Source of the DNA: a virus
Virus record (IMG/VR): IMGVR_UViG_3300049893_001984
Span: 128,335-192,334 of that record
Strand: one strand, 5' to 3'
Length of the DNA: 64,000 nt
Part shown: positions 27,144 to 34,686 of the stretch, piece by piece
Layout of the letters: the number at the start of each line of letters is the position of its first letter
Position numbering within the stretch: the first letter of the stretch is position 1
Notes under the pieces: model-generated
The model's input: the letters and a program-made list of their open reading frames with translations, nothing else
What the model was told of the DNA's origin: nothing
Databases searched by the model: none
Translations under genes and position numbers: made by a program

Positions 27144-28541
27144 CTACTTTACAGTAGCCTTGGTGGCCTTGACTGCCTTAGCGGGTGTGCTTGCTTCAAC
27201 CAGAGGCTTGAGCTCCATACCATAGGCCCTTGCCATTGCCAGAAGGAAGCTTTTCAACCCGGTAGACAGAATGGTCACGATCTTCACGCCATTAGATTCG
27301 GCAACAGACCGGATCCGGCTCCAGTCATTCCCGCAATGGCGTTTTAAAGCAATAATTCCGGTGGTTCCGCCTGTCCGAATGCTTTCCACCAACTTGGAAC
27401 TCTCGCCACCAGCACGCGAGGCAGAGTACCACTTGTGCACTTTTGCGCCGATCACCTTCTCCAGCGCAGTTGTCATGTTACCTGCATCCCTGGACAATGC
27501 CTCACTACCGTAGAAAGACCAGGTACGACTTGTGATGGCCTTAATCACAGCGGGGTTTCTGGTAATCTGCTGCAGTAGGTAGTGCACTTCCGGGTCCTTG
27601 CCTTTCACCGCCTCCATCTTTCTGGAAGCTTCTTTCACGTCCGACTCCACGAGAACCTTACAAATTTCCACGTCAGTAAGTTCCGGAGCCGTTATTGCCT
27701 CTTCCTGGGCGAGGATTTTATCCTCCACGTCCTGAAGAGCCTTGATCCAGCCCACTGGCGGTTGTGCAAACGACGAAGACCAGTAACACGGATCTTCAAG
27801 CTTGTGGGCCGCCGCTACACTCTTGTAAATCTCAGTGCAGTTGTTGAACAGCACAGTTTCGTACACGCAAAGACTTTCAGTGGGGCACTCAACTTCTAAC
27901 AGCGCCTGCCTCATACGTATTTCCTGCCGAGCGAGATAGTAATCAGCAAGGGGTCTAATCCCATTAACAGCCCTGATCTCTGAATCCAGGGTCAACGCCG
28001 CTGCATACACATCTCGAACGCACTCACGACTTCCGGCGATCGCAACCTCCGCCGAAATCTTGTTCATCGGTATCGCATACTTCTGTATTACATGCAGGGG
28101 ATTCCTTTCAAACTCTTCCCTCTGGCCTATCAGGAAATTCATCTTATCCCACGTCTGATTCATCTCAACCATAAGACGCTCAGACTCACTAATGTATTTG
28201 TCCCGCTTCACAATGGCTTCGGCAAGTCTTGCCCTTGAGCCGTTTATTCCCTGCTCAACCATTGTGATCTGATCTTTCGTTGACGCATACGGCTTTATAG
28301 CTCGGAAGTCGTCGAGCATTGTCGTAAAGGTTGCCACCTCTTTTCGGTGGACAGCCACACTGTTCTCCGCTGAATTGCGCTGCTCAGTCATTTTCACTGC
28401 GCTTGCTCGCAACTCTTCAATTTCTCTAGACAAAGACGTCAGCTTGGGGATGTCTTTGACTTTGTTGAGAAGCAGTGATAATGCTTCGAAGTTCAACTCC
28501 GAGCCAGGTAATGGCTCTTGGTTAAGGACAACGTTATCCAC
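27144..28541 (-). CDS. Coiled-coil protein, C-terminal alpha/beta domain (DUF2325-like?)
   Basis: Heptad-rich N-half. C-terminal GIIALKRHCG..W..IRSVAESNGVKIV...GLKSFL. Confidence 0.6.
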   Translation of the reverse strand: MDNVVLNQEPLPGSELNFEALSLLLNKVKDIPKLTSLSREIEELRASAVKMTEQRNSAENSVAVHRKEVATFTTMLDDFRAIKPYASTKDQITMVEQGINGSRARLAEAIVKRDKYISESERLMVEMNQTWDKMNFLIGQREEFERNPLHVIQKYAIPMNKISAEVAIAGSRECVRDVYAAALTLDSEIRAVNGIRPLADYYLARQEIRMRQALLEVECPTESLCVYETVLFNNCTEIYKSVAAAHKLEDPCYWSSSFAQPPVGWIKALQDVEDKILAQEEAITAPELTDVEICKVLVESDVKEASRKMEAVKGKDPEVHYLLQQITRNPAVIKAITSRTWSFYGSEALSRDAGNMTTALEKVIGAKVHKWYSASRAGGESSKLVESIRTGGTTGIIALKRHCGNDWSRIRSVAESNGVKIVTILSTGLKSFLLAMARAYGMELKPLVEASTPAKAVKATKATVK

Positions 28542-28543
28542 GT

Positions 28544-28930
28544 CTAATTCCCTCCCTTTTTTAACTCATTTAACCAAAACCCGCTTGCACTTGTCTTCAC
28601 ATTTACTGGCGTAACCAGTATCAGGCGAAGTAGATCTCGTTTATAGTTTGAGAAATTTCCACTGAAGCTGAAGACTAACCTTTCCGTTGGTTTCATCCAC
28701 TTTGAAACCCTCGTGTAGAAAAACTCCTCAAGGTCAGGAGGAGGGCTGTCCCAGAACTGTAGGACGATATTTCCAGCGGACAGCAAGTCGCCGTTTTCCA
28801 GCTTTATTACCTCGATGTCCTTACTGCTTGCGGCCAACTCGCTAAACTCCTCGACGATTGGTCGCCAGTTTTCCACAAAGGTGCTCTCCACTAATTGGAG
28901 AACGCCTGTTAAACATCCATCGACCGCCAT
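28544..28930 (-). CDS. Hypothetical protein
   Basis: 128-aa ORF. Confidence 0.55.
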   Translation of the reverse strand: MAVDGCLTGVLQLVESTFVENWRPIVEEFSELAASSKDIEVIKLENGDLLSAGNIVLQFWDSPPPDLEEFFYTRVSKWMKPTERLVFSFSGNFSNYKRDLLRLILVTPVNVKTSASGFWLNELKKGGN

Positions 28931-28953
28931 CCTTGCATCCCCCCTTTTTTGCT

Positions 28954-29451
28954 TTACGGCACAAACTCCTCGTTAACCTGCGCTATTCTTTTTGTTGTCG
29001 AAAAGGTTTGGTCATACGGAGAGAAGAGAATCCTCCCGCCATGCCGCAGCACTGCGCACTCTTCTGGCAGTTGCTTACCTTCATACTCCGAACCCTTAAC
29101 GTAAAGACGTGGCTTATATAGCTCTATTGCTGTTTCCGGTGTGTCATCTGTGTCGCCAAGGATAAAGACCTCGTCAACACACCAAAGACTGTACAACATC
29201 TCTCGTCTTACGGAGGCAGGCCATCTTGGTCTGTCTACCCCTTTCAATCTCCTTACGCTTGCATCTGAGTTTATTACTGCAATTAAAGAAATATTGTTTT
29301 GAGCTCCAAACACATCTATTCCTTTTGATTTCGCCCATTTTAGTGTTCTGACATGCCCTGGATGTAGTAGATCAAAACACCCAGCGCACATCACACTTAT
29401 GTCCTGACTAAGCATCAGTGCCGCTCTCCTTCTCTTCTGGTTTAAAGTCAA
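28954..29451 (-). CDS. HldC/RfaE2-like nucleotidyltransferase (heptose-1-phosphate adenylyltransferase family)
   Basis: GCFDLLHPGH, INSDASVRRLKG..RP, YVKGSEY, FSTT. Alternative start 29415. Ends EEFVP. Confidence 0.88.
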   Translation of the reverse strand: MTLNQKRRRAALMLSQDISVMCAGCFDLLHPGHVRTLKWAKSKGIDVFGAQNNISLIAVINSDASVRRLKGVDRPRWPASVRREMLYSLWCVDEVFILGDTDDTPETAIELYKPRLYVKGSEYEGKQLPEECAVLRHGGRILFSPYDQTFSTTKRIAQVNEEFVP

Positions 29452-29755
29452 ACGCTATATCCTTTTGAATCCTGTTTTTAGAGTGGAACAGGTCGTGCAG
29501 CAGCTGTGACACTCTGATAGCCGAGAGCACATAGGCGGGAGTATTTATGTCATATAAGTGTAGGACGACCAACAGCAGACCAGTCCAGTGGCTAAGACAA
29601 AACGCGCACAGGAGCAGGTCTGAAATAAAACCGCCCCGCGCTTCTAACCATGCGCGGGGCTTTTCAAATATTGAACCGTGTTTGAATGTCTCAACAGCTT
29701 GCCAGTTTGCCAGAGCTATTATCAGCAAACTGGGCAGGTAGCTACCGCTGGACAA
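29408..29755 (-). CDS. DUF1360-like membrane protein
   Basis: LANWQAVE...IFEKPRAW...LLLCAFCLSHW. Confidence 0.7.
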   Translation of the reverse strand: MSSGSYLPSLLIIALANWQAVETFKHGSIFEKPRAWLEARGGFISDLLLCAFCLSHWTGLLLVVLHLYDINTPAYVLSAIRVSQLLHDLFHSKNRIQKDIAFDFKPEEKESGTDA

Positions 29756-29961
29756 GGTATGTCTCCCTTGTGTGGCACACGATCTTTCTCCTCAATCGTG
29801 TACACTCTGTTACCGGGCTTATCCGGTGGTATCAACGCAGGCAGAGGCACAACTGGACGAAGCTGTACATGACTGTTGTTGACGGCGTAACGGGGCACGT
29901 GACGCTCGGATAAGAATATGCGCTGGCGCTGGAGGAAGGCCATTGACCCTTGTGAAAGCAT
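29722..29961 (-). CDS. Hypothetical protein
   Basis: Start reassigned to ATG 29961 (MLSQGS) to avoid overlap with terminase. Confidence 0.5.
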   Translation of the reverse strand: MLSQGSMAFLQRQRIFLSERHVPRYAVNNSHVQLRPVVPLPALIPPDKPGNRVYTIEEKDRVPHKGDIPCPAVATCPVC

Positions 29962-30011
29962 GGTTTTTCTCCTATGGTATGCTGCCGTAATGATAAGGAG
30001 AATAAAACCGT

Positions 30012-31823
30012 ATGTCCACACAAACCATGGCAAGCACCAGAGATCTAATTCTTTCTGGTAGCTCAAAGCCATCTGATATTTTGAAGGCTATGAGTGAACT
30101 GCTGCACAAGCAGCCCCACACGCTGGTACCTCTTCTAGGTCTTCTGTCTATTCGTGGTAAACCGTACACGCTAAACAGACATTTCAGCATGGAGCCCTTG
30201 TATAAGCTAGCACTCCCCAAACAGTCGTTATGGAAGTGCGGCCGTCAGGTTGGTAAATCAGCGTCATTGGCCAGCTCGGGTATTCTTAGGGCAGCTGGCA
30301 CGTCAGATATCAACATGCTCTACTGCACCCCCCGGTATGAACAGATACGACGTCTGTCTACCAACTATGTGCGCCCATTTATTAACAACTCCCTTGTCAA
30401 ACACCTTCTAGTGGACGAGAGCTGTACTCAGCACGTCTTACAGCGGTCTTTCCTCAACCGCTCGACGTTGTACTTCTCTTTTGCCTTCCTGGACGCCGAT
30501 CGTATCCGTGGACTTTTCACAGATATTAACAACATCGACGAAACCCAGGATATGGACTTTGAATTCTTGCCGATCATCCAGGAGTGTATGTCGGCAAGTG
30601 ATTACGCTATAACTATTTACTCGGGCACGCCAAAAACGCTCGACAACACCATTGAAGCACTTTGGCAGGACTCCACAAAGGCCGAATGGGTTGTCCCTTG
30701 CCAGGCCTGTGGTTACTGGTCCATGGCAAGTATCCACGCCGATCTTATGAAGATGATAGGCAAGGATGGGGTTGTATGCGGACGCTGTTCAAAGCTGATT
30801 AACCCAGCTATTGGCCATTGGCACCATACGGACAAGTCCAAGACTGACTTCCATGGATTCCATGTGCCACAGATTATCCTACCTGTGCACTACTCTAACC
30901 CAGAGAAGTGGTACGAGCTGCTTTCCAAGCGTGATGGGAAAAAGAACTACTCATCCAGCAAGTTTTTGAACGAGGTGCTGGGAGAATCCGCCGACTCCGG
31001 TGTGAAACTCATTACAGTAACGGACATTAAGGAGGCTTCTGACCTTGGCGTCAACGAGTTTAACGGAGCCATGCTTGATAGGTTCAGGGAGCGTTGTCCG
31101 TATCGTGTTATGGGCGTAGACTGGGGCGGTGGCGGCAAAGACCAGGTGTCGTTCACAACAATTGCACTTGTAGGCATGACAGCCACAGGCAAGATCGAGT
31201 GTCACTATTGTTTCAGGTTTCACTCGGGCTATGCCCATGACGACGAGGCCAGGTCAATCCTGAAAATGTTCAGGGAATCTGGTTGCCAGTTCCTTGCTCA
31301 TGACTTTGGTGGGTCTGGATCTGTACGTGAAACCCTGCTCATACAGTCTGGGCTGCCCATGGATCGTATTATGAACTTTATGTACGTCCGGGCATCTGCC
31401 AGAAACATGGTGCATTGGCATCCGCCCCCGGAAGGCGAAATCCGTGGATACTATGCGCTGGACAAGGCGAGAAGCCTCGTGCTACAGGCCACGGCCATGA
31501 AGTCCAAAATTATCAGGCTACCTGAATATGAGTCGAGCCGGAATGTAACATCTGACCTCTTGGCCTTGATGGAAGATAAGCACGAGATGCCAGGCGGCGC
31601 CGACGTTTACCTTGTGCGCAAACAACCAAAGCTTTCTGACGACTTTGCGCATGCCCTTAACTATGCCTGTATATGTCTGTGGCACACGAACGATGCTTAC
31701 CCAGACTTGTCACAGATCGTTGGTATGAAGCTTTCGCAAGAACAGCTTCAGTTTTCAAATCCGCCTAACGCATTTAGGTCAGATGATTATGAACCAACCA
31801 CGAGAGACAGGTACGCGGACTAG
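30012..31823 (+). CDS. Terminase large subunit
   Basis: Walker A KCGRQVGKS, Walker B NIDETQD, SGTPK, RNase-H MGVDWG, DDFAHA. Confidence 0.9.
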   Translation: MSTQTMASTRDLILSGSSKPSDILKAMSELLHKQPHTLVPLLGLLSIRGKPYTLNRHFSMEPLYKLALPKQSLWKCGRQVGKSASLASSGILRAAGTSDINMLYCTPRYEQIRRLSTNYVRPFINNSLVKHLLVDESCTQHVLQRSFLNRSTLYFSFAFLDADRIRGLFTDINNIDETQDMDFEFLPIIQECMSASDYAITIYSGTPKTLDNTIEALWQDSTKAEWVVPCQACGYWSMASIHADLMKMIGKDGVVCGRCSKLINPAIGHWHHTDKSKTDFHGFHVPQIILPVHYSNPEKWYELLSKRDGKKNYSSSKFLNEVLGESADSGVKLITVTDIKEASDLGVNEFNGAMLDRFRERCPYRVMGVDWGGGGKDQVSFTTIALVGMTATGKIECHYCFRFHSGYAHDDEARSILKMFRESGCQFLAHDFGGSGSVRETLLIQSGLPMDRIMNFMYVRASARNMVHWHPPPEGEIRGYYALDKARSLVLQATAMKSKIIRLPEYESSRNVTSDLLALMEDKHEMPGGADVYLVRKQPKLSDDFAHALNYACICLWHTNDAYPDLSQIVGMKLSQEQLQFSNPPNAFRSDDYEPTTRDRYAD

Positions 31824-31831
31824 CTGATAGT

Positions 31832-31868
31832 AAAAGAAAAAGCACACGCCTTTTAGGGCGTGCGCTTT
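31832..31868 (-). terminator. Intrinsic terminator at convergence with terminase
   Basis: Minus strand GCGCACGCC/GGCGTGTGC (one G-U) followed by TTTTTCTTTT. Confidence 0.7.
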
Positions 31869-31894
31869 AACCTGCAGGGGAAACTTCCCCCTGC

Positions 31895-32254
31895 TCAACT
31901 CTTTGCCCGCGTGAAATGGTCGGCGGGCGCCGACATGGGAGGAATTACTGCGTCGTCTTTCGGAGTCCGAAGGCCCTGCGCCTTCTTCATCCGTTCGACG
32001 TGCTCCGCGTGTTCCTCCGAACGACGCTGAGCTTCGTGCTGCATGCGTTGCGAGTGCTCGTCACTGAGCTCCTGCGAACGCTTCAACACTGCTGAGGCGA
32101 GCAACGGCACAACCGCCGTTGCCATATCTTTAACTCCAGAAAGTACTGCCAGCTGCAGTTCTTTCTGTCCCTTGACTTGCTCGGCAAGGGCACCGATTGC
32201 GTTGCTCATTGTCTTTTGCGAGACAACGAGCCCTTCTTTTCTTTTCTTTCCCAC
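31895..32254 (-). CDS. Hypothetical protein
   Basis: 119-aa ORF. Confidence 0.6.
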   Translation of the reverse strand: MGKKRKEGLVVSQKTMSNAIGALAEQVKGQKELQLAVLSGVKDMATAVVPLLASAVLKRSQELSDEHSQRMQHEAQRRSEEHAEHVERMKKAQGLRTPKDDAVIPPMSAPADHFTRAKS

Positions 32255-32263
32255 ATTCCCTCC

Positions 32264-32476
32264 TCAGTATGGGCGCGTGCCCCGGATTAACTCTGAGGCG
32301 GCGTTTGCAAACGCCCGCCTTTGTTTCTGTGTTTTGAGAAGGAGCATAATTAAAGACTCCACTCCTAGCTCAAAACACCCGGCGATGACAATCCCAAGGA
32401 CGATGCCATGGGTTGCCATCATGTAACCTGTCACGGCCGCTTCCACGACCGCAACGACAAACGTAAATACGGCCAT
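32264..32476 (-). CDS. Small membrane protein
   Basis: Two hydrophobic segments, GGAGG SD. Confidence 0.55.
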   Translation of the reverse strand: MAVFTFVVAVVEAAVTGYMMATHGIVLGIVIAGCFELGVESLIMLLLKTQKQRRAFANAASELIRGTRPY

Positions 32477-32506
32477 TTTAGCGACCTCCTTGGGCCAAAA
32501 GTTTAA

Positions 32507-32594
32507 CCCCCCGGTGTGGGTTTATTGGTCTCTCTCGAGGGCCCTTTCGAGGAGTTTTTGGTGGTGTGTGGTTTACAGGCCGCACACCGGGGGG
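32507..32594 (-). other. Structured element downstream of tRNA-Ile2
   Basis: 12-bp stem CCCCCCGGTGTG/CACACCGGGGGG enclosing an inner CTCGA/TCGAG hairpin. Confidence 0.5.
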
Positions 32595-32647
32595 TATCTC
32601 TTACTACACATAGGCGTGGCAGGATTCGAACCTGCGACCTGGGGATT

Positions 32648-33356
32648 CCCGTTTGTGTGTGTTTCCACACTCCGTGGACTATATCATCGCCATACACTTT
32701 TCAGTGTTTAGGCGTCGGGAGCTTATGCGGTTATTAAGAGGACTTAACCTCTCCGCTAGTCTCTGCACCTTCCGCCGGTGTACCGGCGGCTCGGCTCAGT
32801 GTTGCCGTGTTTAAACCATACTTACGTGCCCATTTGCGAACAGCGTTGTCTGATACGCCAAAAAGCTTTCCAACAGAAACGACCGAGTTTTCACTCAGCA
32901 GCCTCTGCAAGCGTTCTTTTGATGGCCATTCAACCTTTCGCTGTTTGTTTCTGTAACACCCTTCAGAACAAAACTGCTTCTGCTTGTTCTGTAAGGTGTG
33001 ACCGCAAATACCGCACAGTTTTGGTTGTTTAAACGACGGGTTCACTGAATTCACCCGATTCATCCTATAGCTTTCGCATATAGGCGCACCAGAATTCATC
33101 CAAGCGTGGATCTTTGAGTGCTGGTCTGCGCTAACCACAAGGAGATTCTCTATCCTGTTGTTAGCTCTATCCCCATCTAAATGGTGCACAATCTCATCAT
33201 CACGGATAGACCGGCCTAGGTCTTTTTCCATGATAAAGATGTGTTCATAAACATAACCAAGCCAGTTGGCAGACTTCATTGCCTTTGGGTGGTCTGGTTT
33301 ATAAACAAGTCTGTACCCATTTAGAAACCTCACGCTTTTACTGAATTCTTTCATTG
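32648..33356 (-). mobile_element. Group I self-splicing intron (IC3, Azoarcus tRNA-Ile type), 709 nt
   Basis: P1 CTCAT/GTGAG with U-G at the splice site, P3 TCGGG/CCCGA, P4 TCAGTG/CACTGA, P7 GACTA/TAGTC, P8 GCGG/CCGC, P9 GTGTG-GAAA-CACAC, terminal G before AATCC. Confidence 0.93.
32734..33354 (-). CDS. Intron-encoded HNH homing endonuclease (HNH + Zn finger + HTH)
   Basis: YEH...VHHLDGDRANNRIENL...H..IH, CGIC..CSEGC, SVGKLFGVSDNAVRKWARK. ATG 33354 is 2 nt into the intron. Confidence 0.9.
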   Translation of the reverse strand: MKEFSKSVRFLNGYRLVYKPDHPKAMKSANWLGYVYEHIFIMEKDLGRSIRDDEIVHHLDGDRANNRIENLLVVSADQHSKIHAWMNSGAPICESYRMNRVNSVNPSFKQPKLCGICGHTLQNKQKQFCSEGCYRNKQRKVEWPSKERLQRLLSENSVVSVGKLFGVSDNAVRKWARKYGLNTATLSRAAGTPAEGAETSGEVKSS

Positions 33357-33400
33357 ATGAGTCCCTCGCTCTCACCGCTGAGCTACACGCCCCCTAAACA

Positions 33401-33464
33401 AGCTCGGCATGGGATTCAAACCCATCTGCACACGTTGTTACACGTGGCGTTTCTGAAGCCGAGC
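33401..33464 (-). ncRNA. tRNA-like element lacking a D-stem
   Basis: Acceptor GCTCGGC/GCCGAGC, CACGT/ACGTG arm with 6-nt loop, T-arm ATGGG-TTTGAAT-CCCAT. Confidence 0.55.
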
Positions 33465-33473
33465 GACCTCCGT

Positions 33474-33644
33474 CTACTTCTTCGCCTCCATAATGGCACG
33501 GCGAAGCAGTAACACCTTACCCGACCAGCTTTCGATCGAGTAGGTGATTTGCTCCCGTTGGAATCCAACCGCAGATCCGGCCGCCTTCTTCAGCTTGCCG
33601 AGTTTTGTCTCGGCGTCATACAACTCCCGCTCAACATTCGTCAT
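33474..33644 (-). CDS. Hypothetical 56-aa protein
   Basis: GGAGG SD before ATG 33644 (MTNVERE). Confidence 0.6.
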   Translation of the reverse strand: MTNVERELYDAETKLGKLKKAAGSAVGFQREQITYSIESWSGKVLLLRRAIMEAKK

Positions 33645-33670
33645 GTCTCCTCCAGGCCTTTTATCGTCCT

Positions 33671-33947
33671 GCCTAGGACACAAATTTCCTAAACAGCTTT
33701 TGGGGTGGCATGCTTCAGCGCCGTTAGGCTCCACATGCCACCCCTGGCAGCCAACCACCAGGTACGCCTGGGCGCCTAGTTTTCCGGGAGCTACCCCGGT
33801 TCAATCGTCGGTTAGGATCCGACTAGGGGGGCAGCCGACCCCCCGTGTTTCATGGCTCGTGGATGTTTTTGATCCCGTTAGCTTGTTTGCTCGGCGCTGC
33901 GGGATAGAAAATCAGGCTCAGCTTTGGATTTAATCGTTATCCTAGGC
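33671..33947 (-). ncRNA. Unassigned ~277-nt multi-stem structured RNA
   Basis: Closing stem GCCTAGGA/TCCTAGGC and six internal helices (see findings). Confidence 0.65.
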
Positions 33948-34025
33948 TCCTTTTGCCTTATTTTCCAGCGCCTCGGTCTTGTCTAGCGTTTTCATCCTTC
34001 TCTCCTTTTGCCTTTTCATCGTTTT

Positions 34026-34060
34026 GCCCCTTAAACTCGCCTTTTCGGAGTTTAAGGGGC
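34026..34060. promoter_or_regulatory. 13-bp perfect hairpin upstream of the RNA cluster
   Basis: GCCCCTTAAACTC/GAGTTTAAGGGGC, no U-tract on either strand. Confidence 0.55.
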
Positions 34061-34065
34061 CCAGC

Positions 34066-34581
34066 CTACAATCTGTCCACGTCGATGTGAGCGACGTAAC
34101 TGTCATTGTCGCTCACTTTGAACCTCGGCTCCTGAGCGCCGAAACCATCCGGCTGCTCGTCGGGGGAGCAACTCATTTCTTGCAGTGCCCCCTCCCTGGG
34201 ATAGAGCCCACCGTACGGCTCCGCCACCTTTTCAATATGCCTGAGAAAGGCGACGGCGGCTCTTCGGGATTGGAAATTCATATTCCAGTCATACTTCGAG
34301 TCTATGTTTGTGGTTGCCGAGACCACAAACCGACCCTTTTTGTCTTCGATGTCCAGGGCCTGTTCGTGGGCCTCTGACTCTTCCTTGTCTGCGTTATTAC
34401 ACGCAGAGCAAAGGTGTATCGTTTCGAATCCAAAGGAATCAGTTTCCCCCTGGACAACCAGCTCCGCTGGTTTATCGCAGAACTCGCACTGCTGCGGCTC
34501 CACTGTCTCTTTGATTCCACCCCCCCAATGGATTACTTTTCCATTGTCTTGAGGTATTCGGGCCAGTACTTTTCCTCTCAT
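34066..34581 (-). CDS. Hypothetical zinc-ribbon protein
   Basis: CEFC...CSAC, GGAGG SD. Confidence 0.6.
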   Translation of the reverse strand: MRGKVLARIPQDNGKVIHWGGGIKETVEPQQCEFCDKPAELVVQGETDSFGFETIHLCSACNNADKEESEAHEQALDIEDKKGRFVVSATTNIDSKYDWNMNFQSRRAAVAFLRHIEKVAEPYGGLYPREGALQEMSCSPDEQPDGFGAQEPRFKVSDNDSYVAHIDVDRL

Positions 34582-34609
34582 TTTACATTTCCTCCACCCA
34601 AAAAACGCC

Positions 34610-34670
34610 TTGCGAACAGTTAACCAAAGGTTAACCTCAACAAGTAATAATAACGCATTTTTGCGTTTAT
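34610..34670 (+). promoter_or_regulatory. Putative sigma70-like promoter overlapped by a palindromic operator
   Basis: TTGCGA-16-TAACCT, palindrome GTTAACC-AAA-GGTTAAC (34619-34635), second imperfect IR ATAACGCA/TGCGTTTAT. Confidence 0.4.
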
Positions 34671-34686
34671 TTTAGGTGGGCCAAAC

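Larger units (their letters stand above)
32611..33392 (-). tRNA. tRNA-Ile2 (CAT), intron-split; exons 33392-33357 and 32647-32611; CCA not encoded
   Basis: Spliced: GGGCGTGTAGCTCAGCGGTGAGAGCGAGGGACTCAT|AATCCCCAGGTCGCAGGTTCGAATCCTGCCACGCCTA. GACTCATAATC arm is Ile2-like. Confidence 0.9.

Noticed and set aside
32611-33392. Elongator tRNA-Met assignment
   Set aside because: The GACTCATAATC arm and the intron type fit Ile2 better. Not fully excluded without isotype models.
33645-33758. N-terminal extension of ORF 33474..33758
   Set aside because: Overlaps the structured RNA. A strong GGAGG SD supports ATG 33644.
33671-33947. tmRNA, RNase P, SRP or 6S identity for the structured RNA
   Set aside because: No tRNA-like ends or tag ORF, no GAGGAAAGTCC P4 motif, no SRP helix-8 motif, and multibranched rather than rod-like.
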